A stretch of 64,000 bases of DNA, taken from positions 614 through 64,613 of the forward strand of contig JAUNVC010000006.1 of NCBI GenBank assembly GCA_030537875.1, written 5' to 3'. Shown here one piece after another: positions 21,839 to 30,980 of this stretch. The position numbers and the translations under genes were made by a program. Under the pieces are notes generated by a model. It saw only the letters and a list, made by a program, of their open reading frames with translations. It was not told the origin of the DNA and made no database searches. Each line of letters opens with the position of its first letter. Within the stretch, counting starts at the first letter, position 1. This DNA is from Tissierellia bacterium (lineage in GTDB: Bacteria > Bacillota > Clostridia > Tissierellales > Peptoniphilaceae).

Positions 21839-22369
21839 GTGGATAAACTAATACTTTTAATCATGATCCTCGGTTGGGTCTTTTCTGCTGTGGAAAAAAG
21901 CAACAAGAAAAAAAAGAGTAGAGAAAAAGAAGAGGGGGCATTGGTAAAAACCGATGCCACCGATGTTTTCTCTCAGTCGGAAGCTTTCGCCAAAAAGAAG
22001 AGATCTTCGGGTTCCTCTTGGTTGAATCAGTTGGAAGCTCAATTATCTGAATGGTCAGATTCTATCGCATCAGATACAGAAAAATTAGTAAAGGAAGCAC
22101 CCAAGCCTAGCCAAATGACGAAAGAGCGACCGGTACTACGTAGAAAAGACACATTGATTAAAGATAGTAGATCATCCGAAGGTCTTTCTATGGAACGGTC
22201 TTCTTTGCTTGGAAATAGAAAACGGGTTTCGGAGTTAAAAGATGTTGTAAAGATAGGTGAAGTGCGCTCGAAGAAATCTCTCTTAACAGAAGAAGAACTT
22301 CAATTGTCACATTTAAGAAAAGCGATTGTATTAAAAGAAATTTTGGATAAACCGGTCGCTTTACGTTAA
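21839..22369 (+). CDS. Hypothetical membrane-anchored protein (YqfB-like)
   Basis: N-terminal TM segment, C-terminal LRKAIVLKEILDKPVALR motif; downstream of floA. Confidence 0.75.
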   Translation: MDKLILLIMILGWVFSAVEKSNKKKKSREKEEGALVKTDATDVFSQSEAFAKKKRSSGSSWLNQLEAQLSEWSDSIASDTEKLVKEAPKPSQMTKERPVLRRKDTLIKDSRSSEGLSMERSSLLGNRKRVSELKDVVKIGEVRSKKSLLTEEELQLSHLRKAIVLKEILDKPVALR

Positions 22370-22382
22370 TTTAGGAGGTTGA

Positions 22383-23342
22383 ATGGCCCAATTACTTATT
22401 ACAAATTATGATCAGCTCAACAAAGTTGTGGGGCACTTAGATAAGAATTTGGATACTATCGCAAATACATTCCATGTAACCATTCGTGTTGAAGATGGAG
22501 CTTTCAATATTAAGGGAGAAGAATCGGACAAAGCCCATCGTGCCTTAGAAGTCGTGATGAAACTCGCAGAAACACAAGATCATATTGAAGGAAATGATGT
22601 AGATTATATCTTAGAGTTAGTCAATCAACATAGGGAAAGAGAGGTATTGAACCTTCGCGAAACTCCTATAGCTTTTACAGCAGATGGAAAAGCACTGTTC
22701 CCAAAAACTCTTGGACAAAAAAGATACATTGATTCCATATTAAAAAACGATATGGTGTTTGGTACAGGACCAGCCGGTACCGGTAAAACATATTTGGCCG
22801 TCGCCTTGGCTGCCCATTCTCTGCGTAATAAGCAATTTGAGAGAATCATATTGACTCGACCCGCCGTGGAGGCAGGTGAAAGCTTAGGATTTTTACCAGG
22901 AGATTTAAAAGAAAAGGTTGACCCCTATCTCCGTCCTATTTATGATGCTCTCTTTGAGATATTAGGTGGGGAGAGATATACGAGGTACATGGAAAGAGGC
23001 ATCATCGAAATAGCTCCTTTGGCCTATATGAGGGGGAGAACTTTAGACAGGAGTTTTATTGTATTAGATGAGGCTCAAAATACCACTCCTGAACAAATGA
23101 AGATGTTCTTAACCCGATTGGGATATTCAAGCAAAATGGTCATCACAGGGGATGTGACGCAGACCGATTTACAGAGAAATCAAAAATCTGGATTAATTCA
23201 CGCAAAACAAATCCTAAAGGATACTAAGGGCATTGGTTTTATAGACTTGAAAAAAATAGATATAGTACGTCACCCATTGGTGAGAAAGGTTATTGAAGCA
23301 TATGAAAAAAGTGACCGGAACCAAACAAATTCGACACCCTAG
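22383..23342 (+). CDS. phoH: PhoH-family ATPase
   Basis: GPAGTGKT, TRPAVEAGE, AYMRGRT, DEAQN. Confidence 0.96.
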   Translation: MAQLLITNYDQLNKVVGHLDKNLDTIANTFHVTIRVEDGAFNIKGEESDKAHRALEVVMKLAETQDHIEGNDVDYILELVNQHREREVLNLRETPIAFTADGKALFPKTLGQKRYIDSILKNDMVFGTGPAGTGKTYLAVALAAHSLRNKQFERIILTRPAVEAGESLGFLPGDLKEKVDPYLRPIYDALFEILGGERYTRYMERGIIEIAPLAYMRGRTLDRSFIVLDEAQNTTPEQMKMFLTRLGYSSKMVITGDVTQTDLQRNQKSGLIHAKQILKDTKGIGFIDLKKIDIVRHPLVRKVIEAYEKSDRNQTNSTP

Positions 23343-23769
23343 ATTTCATTTAACTATAAATCTAGGGCCCTATCATATTTCAAAGAGAGAGCTTCGACTT
23401 TTACTTTCTGTAATTGAACGCACGCTGGAAATTGATGGATACTTCTATCCAACAACCATTTCCATGTCCTTTGTAGAACCTTCCGTAATTCGCAGGTTGA
23501 ATCGAGATTTCAGAGGGAAGGATAAGGTAACCGATGTTCTCAGTTTTCCTATTGATGAAGAGGGGGGGATTTTAGGTGATGTGGTTTTGTGCCCCAAGAG
23601 AGCCCATGCACAGGCAAAGCTCTATGGGAATTCCTTTGAAAGAGAATTGTGCTACTTAACATGTCACAGCATACTACATTTGCTAGGCCACGATCATATG
23701 TTCCCTTTGGAAAAACGGCTTATGAGGAAACAAGAAAAACGTGTAATGAGAGATATGATGTTAGAATAG
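23302..23769 (+). CDS. ybeY: rRNA maturation endoribonuclease
   Basis: TDVLSFP, HSILHLLGHDH; start uncertain, overlaps the 3' end of phoH. Confidence 0.9.
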   Translation: MKKVTGTKQIRHPRFHLTINLGPYHISKRELRLLLSVIERTLEIDGYFYPTTISMSFVEPSVIRRLNRDFRGKDKVTDVLSFPIDEEGGILGDVVLCPKRAHAQAKLYGNSFERELCYLTCHSILHLLGHDHMFPLEKRLMRKQEKRVMRDMMLE

Positions 23770-23772
23770 TAG

Positions 23773-24498
23773 GTGAAATCATTGAAAAAGAGAAAGAGCA
23801 ATAGAACATTTCTCAAAAGTTTCAATCATGCTGCCAATGGACTAATTTTGTGTTTTAAAACAGAAAGAAATATGAAGTTTCACTTTCTCATTGCAGGATT
23901 GGCTCTCGTTCTAGGTTTGTTTTTTGAGTTTAACAAACTGGAATTTATCATGCTGTTAAGCGCAATTATTTTTGTATTATTTGCTGAGATGGTGAACACG
24001 GCGTTGGAGTACATTATGGATGCCAGTTGCAATGAATATCACCCTCTCATACGTGTTGCCAAAGATATAGCAGCAGGTTCCGTTCTTTTAAGTGCATGTT
24101 ATGCGGTTATTGTTGGATACTTACTCTTTTACGATCGTTTGGTTCCATTGGGAAATCGTATGTTGGGGGGACTCCACCAAAATCCTATTCACTTGACTTT
24201 CATTGCGCTGGGCCTTACTGTATTATTGATTATAGCATTGAAAAGCCGCTATTCTACGAATCGTGGAAGTTATTTTCAGGGCGGTACTGTGAGTGGACAT
24301 ACGGCAATATCCTTTTTGATGGCAACAATTATTGGATTCAACTCAAAAAACTTATTGGTCATTTCATTGGGATATTTATTAGCACTTTTAGTAGCCGAAT
24401 CCAGAGTAGAGGGTAAAATTCACAAGCCTGCTGATACACTAGTCGGCGCAATATTGGGAATTTTAGTAGCAATTTTTATATTTTTAATTTTTGGATAA
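23773..24498 (+). CDS. dgkA: Undecaprenol/diacylglycerol kinase with C-terminal PAP2-like domain
   Basis: ERNMKFH, EMVNTALE, AKDIAAG, then SGH and SRVEGKIH. Confidence 0.9.
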   Translation: MKSLKKRKSNRTFLKSFNHAANGLILCFKTERNMKFHFLIAGLALVLGLFFEFNKLEFIMLLSAIIFVLFAEMVNTALEYIMDASCNEYHPLIRVAKDIAAGSVLLSACYAVIVGYLLFYDRLVPLGNRMLGGLHQNPIHLTFIALGLTVLLIIALKSRYSTNRGSYFQGGTVSGHTAISFLMATIIGFNSKNLLVISLGYLLALLVAESRVEGKIHKPADTLVGAILGILVAIFIFLIFG

Positions 24499-24500
24499 GT

Positions 24501-24917
24501 ATGGGTAGAGTATTATTTCACTCCCTTGGGGAGCAAGAACAGAATTTAATAGTAAAAGCAATGGAAGCAAGAGAAAGGGCCTATGCGCCCATCTCAAAGT
24601 TCCAGGTTGGTGCAGCAATATTATCGGATGAGAACGAAGTATTTACAGGAGTAAATGTGGAAATTTCTAGTTTTTCTCCGACGATTTGTGCGGAACGGAA
24701 TGCGATTTTTTCATTTTATGCAACTGGAGCTAGAAATTTTCGAGCCATTGCTATATACGGAACAGCAGAAGGGACCTATCCCTGTGGTGTTTGTCGTCAA
24801 GTGATTTATGAGTTATCGCCCAATTGTAAAGTATTTATAATTTATTCTAAGGACCATATTGAGGTGGAATCCATTGCGGATTTATTACCCCATGGATTCC
24901 GTTGGGAGGAAGTATGA
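24501..24917 (+). CDS. cdd: Cytidine deaminase
   Basis: AYAPISKFQVGAA, CAERNA, PCGVCRQ. Confidence 0.95.
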   Translation: MGRVLFHSLGEQEQNLIVKAMEARERAYAPISKFQVGAAILSDENEVFTGVNVEISSFSPTICAERNAIFSFYATGARNFRAIAIYGTAEGTYPCGVCRQVIYELSPNCKVFIIYSKDHIEVESIADLLPHGFRWEEV

Positions 24918-25783
24918 AGAGTGGTTTTGTTAGTTTGATTGGCCGCCCCAATGTGGGCAAGTCCTCTATTTTAAATTATTTGATTGGAATGAAATTGGCC
25001 ATTGTCACCAATAAGCCTCAAACCACTAGAAATTCCATGAAATTCATATACAATGATGATCGTATGCAAGTCATATTTTTTGACAACCCCGGCTATCAAC
25101 GCCCGAAAAACAAGCTCGGTGAGAGAATGAACATGACCATAGAAAAGAATATGGTGGATGGCGATCTAAACCTATATGTAATGGATGAGTCCAAAGAGAC
25201 AGGACCACTGGATCAAATGGTTTTAGATATGGCTGCCAGGGATAAAAAACCCAAGATATTGTTAATCAATAAAATGGATTTATTGGATGCTCAAGAGCTA
25301 TCTCAACTCAAAGAACGATATGAAAATCTTTCTTTATTTGATGCAATCGTACCCATTTCCGCTCATTCTGGCGAAGGGTTTGAGGAATTATTGGACCGTA
25401 TATATGGCTATTTGCCAGAAGGCCCCAAATTTTACGGAGATGATGAGATCACTGATGTAAATATTAGAAATATCATGGAGGAAATTTTACGGGAGAAATG
25501 TCTTTTATTTTTAGATGAAGAAATTCCCCATGGAATCTATATTGATACAGAAGAATTTCATGAAGAGGAAGATCGGGTCAAAATACGAATGACCCTGTAT
25601 CTAGAGCGAGAGAATCATAAGGGTATGGTCATTGGAAAAGAGGGAAAAATGATCAAGAGAATTCTCTCTGCAGCAGAAAAGGATATGACTGAGTTTCTAG
25701 AAAAAAAAGTAAAATTAAAAATTGATATAAAGATTAGAAAGAACTGGAGAAAGAAGTCGGGACTGGTGCAAAAGTGGTTTTGA
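24914..25783 (+). CDS. era: GTPase Era
   Basis: GRPNVGKS, PQTTR, NKMD, KH domain VIGKEG. Confidence 0.96.
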   Translation: MKSGFVSLIGRPNVGKSSILNYLIGMKLAIVTNKPQTTRNSMKFIYNDDRMQVIFFDNPGYQRPKNKLGERMNMTIEKNMVDGDLNLYVMDESKETGPLDQMVLDMAARDKKPKILLINKMDLLDAQELSQLKERYENLSLFDAIVPISAHSGEGFEELLDRIYGYLPEGPKFYGDDEITDVNIRNIMEEILREKCLLFLDEEIPHGIYIDTEEFHEEEDRVKIRMTLYLERENHKGMVIGKEGKMIKRILSAAEKDMTEFLEKKVKLKIDIKIRKNWRKKSGLVQKWF

Positions 25784-25784
25784 G

Positions 25785-26501
25785 ATGAGAGTTGAGGCCA
25801 TTATTTTAAGAGCAATAAAATTTAAAGAAAGTAGCCTTATAGTCCATGCTCTCACAGATGAACATGGTAAAATTTCTATCATGTGTCAGGGAGCTTATAA
25901 AAGGAAAGTCCATCAATTGACAGCGCTTGACACGCTTTCTTTAACAGAAATGGTTCTTCGAGAGGGGAGAACTATGTATTATCTAAATGAAGCGGATGTC
26001 ATTATGCGAAGCAATCGCATGACCGATGATAAGAAGGCATTCTATACTGGCCATATGATTGCAGAGATTCTAACGAAGACCCTCGATGATGGATATGCTA
26101 CAAATACAATTTTTCCATTGACAAAAACACTATTGTTGACAATGGAAGAAGGGGGCTCACCTTTTCTTTTGGGTGCAGCGTGGATCTTGAAATATACCTC
26201 TTATATGGGATACCGTCCCAAGATAGGGCAGGGGAACGGACCCTATGTACTGTGTACCTATGGGGTCTTGAGCGCTCAAGATGTTTCCGCTGAGATGTAT
26301 GTTACGCCACTATCGGAAGAGCAAAAACAATGGCTTGAACGGTTGCTGATGGAGCCCTTCTCAAGTATTACGAAGTACAAGCCAATGTTAGATAGGGATT
26401 TGAGATTGATGCAACTAGCATTGCTGTATGCAAGTCAAAATTTTGAATTAAGACGATTAAACACGGATACTGTATTTACAAAGGAGCTTTTTAATGAATA
26501 A
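25785..26501 (+). CDS. recO: DNA repair protein RecO (divergent)
   Basis: N-terminal OB fold (AIILRAIKFKESSLIV...GKIS), GYRP; era-recO synteny. Confidence 0.85.
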   Translation: MRVEAIILRAIKFKESSLIVHALTDEHGKISIMCQGAYKRKVHQLTALDTLSLTEMVLREGRTMYYLNEADVIMRSNRMTDDKKAFYTGHMIAEILTKTLDDGYATNTIFPLTKTLLLTMEEGGSPFLLGAAWILKYTSYMGYRPKIGQGNGPYVLCTYGVLSAQDVSAEMYVTPLSEEQKQWLERLLMEPFSSITKYKPMLDRDLRLMQLALLYASQNFELRRLNTDTVFTKELFNE

Positions 26502-27372
26502 AATAATCAATCAAATTAGAGAAGGATATAAAACTGTTCCTATCGTAGAATTACCTTCAGATTTTGTTGAAGTCGGAAGAGACATTGCTACGCCAGTAGA
26601 GCTGTTTTATGTTCTTTCTCATGAGAAAGAAGTCTGCATGACCCATATCAAAGTTAGAGATTTAAAGAAAGCATCCTATTCAGAACACCCTATGGAAACC
26701 AGTCAGCCATCCGTGCTTCGATTGATTGATTCCACAGGTCAATGGTTGAATTTAGAAATTTTAATTCAATCCCTACAATCCATGTTTGAAGATTTTGATG
26801 ATTATATTCTGACCTATGACACAGAGAGAGAATTTCTACAATTGTCAGAAGCGACTGTGATTCGTACAAATGTATATATGAATGGATTAAAAGTAGCAGC
26901 TCTTCGATATATACAATCCTTTTTAAAAGAACAACTCTCTGTCATTCCAGTTGTGATTGAATATCATTTAGAGCATATTGCAATGTTATCTGAAAGTGCT
27001 TTTTCAGTTTTTGATTTGGCCGCGGGAGATAACATGAAACTTAAAGATTTGTATGGTTTACGAGAAAGAGAAATTCGGTCCTATATTTTTGATGATACCA
27101 CCATTGAAAATGAGCAACTCCTCTTTGAACGGTATGTTTCTGAAGCTCAGATGTTGATTCGTCACAATTTGAGATACCTGGCCTATGGGTTTGTGATTCG
27201 AGCATACAATGTTTTGCAGCTGATACGTGGAAAAACCGGGCTACATTCGGAGGGATACGTAAAGAACATGGACACTTTGAATGATTTTTTCAGACATATT
27301 GTGTATCATGAGGTGGAAGGGTTAGAAGACGCTTCAATGATGGAAGAGGAGGAGTCGATTGAGCATGCATAA
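26494..27372 (+). CDS. Degenerate glycyl-tRNA synthetase alpha-subunit homolog (predicted catalytically inactive)
   Basis: 292 aa; aligns by eye almost without gaps to GlyQ (EVG....P, YSEHP, VYMNGL, IEYHLEHIAM, LFERYVSEA); sits at the glyQ position; AAGGAG RBS. Confidence 0.8.
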   Translation: MNKIINQIREGYKTVPIVELPSDFVEVGRDIATPVELFYVLSHEKEVCMTHIKVRDLKKASYSEHPMETSQPSVLRLIDSTGQWLNLEILIQSLQSMFEDFDDYILTYDTEREFLQLSEATVIRTNVYMNGLKVAALRYIQSFLKEQLSVIPVVIEYHLEHIAMLSESAFSVFDLAAGDNMKLKDLYGLREREIRSYIFDDTTIENEQLLFERYVSEAQMLIRHNLRYLAYGFVIRAYNVLQLIRGKTGLHSEGYVKNMDTLNDFFRHIVYHEVEGLEDASMMEEEESIEHA

Positions 27373-29161
27373 TTTTGTATTAGAAATCATAACGGAACCA
27401 ATGGATTATGGCTCACATTGTATTTCTCCATGGGAGATTATGACCACATTTGGCAATGTGATGGAGAAGTATTCGATTGATGTAAAAGATACGGAGGTTT
27501 GTCTTACATTCCGCAGAATCTCCATTCAATCCTTTATTTCGGCCATGAGCGATGATGACATCACGACCTTGAAAGAAGCCATGCCCATTTTCCTAAAGAG
27601 CATTGAAGTGAAAGATACGATGCGTTGGGGGAAGGGAGACATTGCATTTCCTCGCCCTATCACACATTTGATGTGTTTATACGATGATAAAGTTGTAGAT
27701 TTTACAGTACAAGGTATTACTGGCAACAGACATGCAACCATTGATTATATTAAAACCATAGAAATTACATCAGCAGAGACCTATGAGGAGCAAATGAAAC
27801 CTTACCTCATCTTTTCTGAAGAAGAAAGATTGACTACGTTGCGAAGCATGATCAAGAAAAACGCATCGGCTATGGGGAAAGAAGCTCATATTCGAGAAGA
27901 TCATTTAAAGAAACTCGCATTTATTTGTGAACGTCCCACGATACTATCGTCCGAATTTGATCGTAGTTTACTTGCATTACCCGATGATGTTTTGATTCGT
28001 ATTTTACAGGAATTAGATAATGTGGAACCCCTCTATAAAGATGGTTCCTTATCAGATATATTTTTAGTCATCAATCCTACGGGCAATATGGATCGAGAAG
28101 GTGTCATCAAGCGATATGGAGCAACCATATCTTCAGAGCTTGCCAACATACAGGGGCTCTTTAAAGAGGATTCCAAGATGAAGCTTGAAGAATATGTTCC
28201 TAGGCTCAATTGGATCTCTGAAAATGAAAAGATTGGTTCTCTCTATGATAAAACCAACCGAATGGAAAAACTTTTGGCTCGCATTGGTGAGGAAATGTCT
28301 CTTGCCAAAGAGATGTGGCAAACGATTGAGAAGGCATCTCACCTCGTAAAAGCTGATATTGCCACGTGGACTGTCAAACGTTATCCAGGTCTCAGGGGGC
28401 AAATTGCCTATGAATTGCTAATGGCAGAAAAGGGAGATCCCCTTGTGGCCAAAGCTTTGAAAGAACAGTATTTACCAGACGAAAGTGGTCAAATGCCATC
28501 CACCATGGCGGGAGCGATTTTAGGGATTGCTGACCGATTTGATGATCTTATCGGTTATGCCGTGGTTGGCGAAATGAATCGAGACAGTGGATATATTAGG
28601 GACTGGGCTGACAGTTCAATTCTACTAATGGAAAAATTTGGAACACCCATTTCCATTGGAGACATGGTGGACTTGTGTCTATATATCTATACAGAAGATG
28701 CGGTCTGCGCATTTGACTATAAAAATGTTTATCATGAAGTAACGGATTTTCTCAAAAGAAGAATTAAGATGTATCTTCGTTCCAAGGATGTCCATACGGT
28801 TTTACTCGATGATGGATTCATTGAAGACAGAAAAATTGTTCCAACCATGATTCAAACATTGGAAACCATCAGTGAAGGCTTGGAAGAAAGTGATATTTCG
28901 TTTATCAAGGTGTATAGAGATCTAAGCAAGATAATTATAAAAGCCTCTCCCGTGGAAGGAGAGCTGGATTCTCTTGAAGCAGAGTTGTTAGAAGGTTTTC
29001 AAAGATCCGTTTTAGACTTTGGAGAAGATGTTCTCGGATTGACGAAATCTTTTTCTAGACATCAGAAGATAATGACAGAGTTGATTCAATATTATGAAGA
29101 CCACCCCATAACGCATAAAAGTCTAGAGATGATTCAGCAAATGAAGGAGCAGTGGATCTAA
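27359..29161 (+). CDS. Degenerate glycyl-tRNA synthetase beta-subunit homolog
   Basis: 600 aa; LEIITEP, TFRR, MRWG...FPRPI, KIGSLYDK, KADIAT, EQYLP, IADRFD; sits at the glyS position; start 27359 (TTG) or 27365 (ATG). Confidence 0.85.
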   Translation: MSMHNFVLEIITEPMDYGSHCISPWEIMTTFGNVMEKYSIDVKDTEVCLTFRRISIQSFISAMSDDDITTLKEAMPIFLKSIEVKDTMRWGKGDIAFPRPITHLMCLYDDKVVDFTVQGITGNRHATIDYIKTIEITSAETYEEQMKPYLIFSEEERLTTLRSMIKKNASAMGKEAHIREDHLKKLAFICERPTILSSEFDRSLLALPDDVLIRILQELDNVEPLYKDGSLSDIFLVINPTGNMDREGVIKRYGATISSELANIQGLFKEDSKMKLEEYVPRLNWISENEKIGSLYDKTNRMEKLLARIGEEMSLAKEMWQTIEKASHLVKADIATWTVKRYPGLRGQIAYELLMAEKGDPLVAKALKEQYLPDESGQMPSTMAGAILGIADRFDDLIGYAVVGEMNRDSGYIRDWADSSILLMEKFGTPISIGDMVDLCLYIYTEDAVCAFDYKNVYHEVTDFLKRRIKMYLRSKDVHTVLLDDGFIEDRKIVPTMIQTLETISEGLEESDISFIKVYRDLSKIIIKASPVEGELDSLEAELLEGFQRSVLDFGEDVLGLTKSFSRHQKIMTELIQYYEDHPITHKSLEMIQQMKEQWI

Positions 29162-29979
29162 TGTATGACATTTCAATTTTTGTACTTAGTGATTCCATTG
29201 GAGAGACCGGTGGAAAAATTGCTAGAGCCACAGTGGCTCAATATCCCCATGCCAACTATGAAATTAAGCGATACCCCTATATTTTAGATAAGGGAAGAAT
29301 TTCTGCGATATTAGATGAAGCAAAGCAACTTCGTTCCGTCATAATTTTCAGCACAGTGGTAGAAGAACATGCCAAATTCATTGAAGAAGAAGGGGAAAAG
29401 TTTGGGATTCCCACCGTCAACATTATGCGTGAGCCCTTGGCTGCTTTTAGCAAGGTCATGGGAGAAAAGCCAGTGCGCGAATCGGGTATTGTCCGGAAAA
29501 TGGATGAAACCTATTTCCAGAAAGTAGATGCAATTGAATTTGCAGTAAAATATGATGATGGAAAGGATCCGAGAGGAATACGAAAGGCGGATATATGCCT
29601 TGTTGGAATCAGTAGAACCAGTAAAACACCTCTAAGCATGTACCTTGCCAACAAGAATTATTTGGTGGCCAATGTCCCGTTGGTACCTGAGGTACCTGTG
29701 TCTGATGAACTTTTTGCGAAGGATAAAATGCGTATTTTTGGATTGACGACCAACGCTAAAGTTATGATGCATATCCGTGAAGAAAGATTAAGAGCCCTTG
29801 GACTCCCAACGGCAGCTGCCTATTCAGAACTTGGTCGAATTGAACAGGAGATTGAATACGCAGAGACCATTATGAAGAAGTTGGGTTGCACCACAATTGA
29901 CGTATCAAACAAAGCCATAGAAGAAACGGCTGAGTTGATTATGGAGATTATGAGAGAGAGGTTTCCCTATGATTCGTAA
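29161..29979 (+). CDS. ppsR: Pyruvate, phosphate dikinase regulatory protein (full-length, YqfL/DUF299)
   Basis: SDSIGETG, AIEFAVKYDDGKD, GISRTSKTP, KAIEETA; TAATG overlap with the upstream gene. Confidence 0.94.
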   Translation: MYDISIFVLSDSIGETGGKIARATVAQYPHANYEIKRYPYILDKGRISAILDEAKQLRSVIIFSTVVEEHAKFIEEEGEKFGIPTVNIMREPLAAFSKVMGEKPVRESGIVRKMDETYFQKVDAIEFAVKYDDGKDPRGIRKADICLVGISRTSKTPLSMYLANKNYLVANVPLVPEVPVSDELFAKDKMRIFGLTTNAKVMMHIREERLRALGLPTAAAYSELGRIEQEIEYAETIMKKLGCTTIDVSNKAIEETAELIMEIMRERFPYDS

Positions 29980-30976
29980 AGATTTAGAAATGAGAGAGCA
30001 TCAAACACTTAGAGAAATTGCTACCTTTTCGGACCAAAGCAAAGGTCGCTTGCGCCCAGAAGAACCCTGTGATGTTCGAACGGATTTTCAACGCGATCGG
30101 GATCGAATTTTGCATAGTAAGAGTTTCCGTCGCTTGAAGCATAAAACCCAAGTCTATATCGCTCCTGTAGGGGATCATTTTAGGACGCGTTTGACCCATA
30201 CTTTGGAAGTAAGTCAAATAGGAAGGACCATTGCCCGTGCTCTTCGGTTGAATGAAGATTTGACTGAGGCCATAGCATTGGCCCATGATATAGGCCATAC
30301 TCCTTTTGGTCATTCGGGAGAAAAAGTTATAAATGGAATTTCACCATACGGATTTCGACATTATGAACATTCTTTGCGTGTTGTAGATCATTTGGAATGG
30401 CATAAAGACCAGATCGGATTAAATCTAACCCAAGAGGTTAGAGATGGTATATTAAATCACACCGGTGAAAAAATGGCATCAACGCTGGAAGGGTATATCG
30501 TTAAATTGGCAGATCGAATTGCCTACATCAATCATGATATAGACGACGCATTGCGTGCAGGGAGTTTATCTAAGGAAGACATACCCAAAGACATCTCTGC
30601 CGTCTTAGGAGATTCCTGTGGACATAGAATTGACACATTGATTAAGGATGTCATATCTTATTCCGTTGACAAAGATTTTGTGGATTTAAGTCCAGCCATC
30701 AAGAAGAAAATGATGGATTTAAGAGAATTTATGTTTGAAAATGTGTATTTAGATCAGAGAAGCAAGGAACAGGGGGAGCGAATTCAACTTCTTCTTACAG
30801 CTCTGTATGATTATTACATTAAAAATCCCAAAGACATGGGAGAGCATATGGAGCTTTATTCTGAAGATGAGGATATTCATAGAGTGGTCACAGACTATGT
30901 GGCTGGTATGACGGATCAATTTGCCATAGAGCGATTCAAAGATTTATATTTACCAGATCGAATCAGAAAGGTTTAA
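29969..30976 (+). CDS. dgt: Deoxyguanosinetriphosphate triphosphohydrolase
   Basis: FQRDRDRI, RTRLTHTLEV, HDIGHTPFGHSGE, DYVAGMTD. Confidence 0.94.
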   Translation: MIRKDLEMREHQTLREIATFSDQSKGRLRPEEPCDVRTDFQRDRDRILHSKSFRRLKHKTQVYIAPVGDHFRTRLTHTLEVSQIGRTIARALRLNEDLTEAIALAHDIGHTPFGHSGEKVINGISPYGFRHYEHSLRVVDHLEWHKDQIGLNLTQEVRDGILNHTGEKMASTLEGYIVKLADRIAYINHDIDDALRAGSLSKEDIPKDISAVLGDSCGHRIDTLIKDVISYSVDKDFVDLSPAIKKKMMDLREFMFENVYLDQRSKEQGERIQLLLTALYDYYIKNPKDMGEHMELYSEDEDIHRVVTDYVAGMTDQFAIERFKDLYLPDRIRKV

Positions 30977-30980
30977 TGAT

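Noticed and set aside
21818-21841. Short hairpin over the RBS of the yqfB-like gene
   Set aside because: The stem is short and could arise by chance.
23773-24498. DgkA-PAP2 fusion as a novelty
   Set aside because: This is an already known architecture in Clostridia.
26494-29161. Calling glyQ*/glyS* pseudogenes
   Set aside because: No stops or frameshifts over 2.7 kb, strong RBSs and preserved overlaps despite very heavy substitution.
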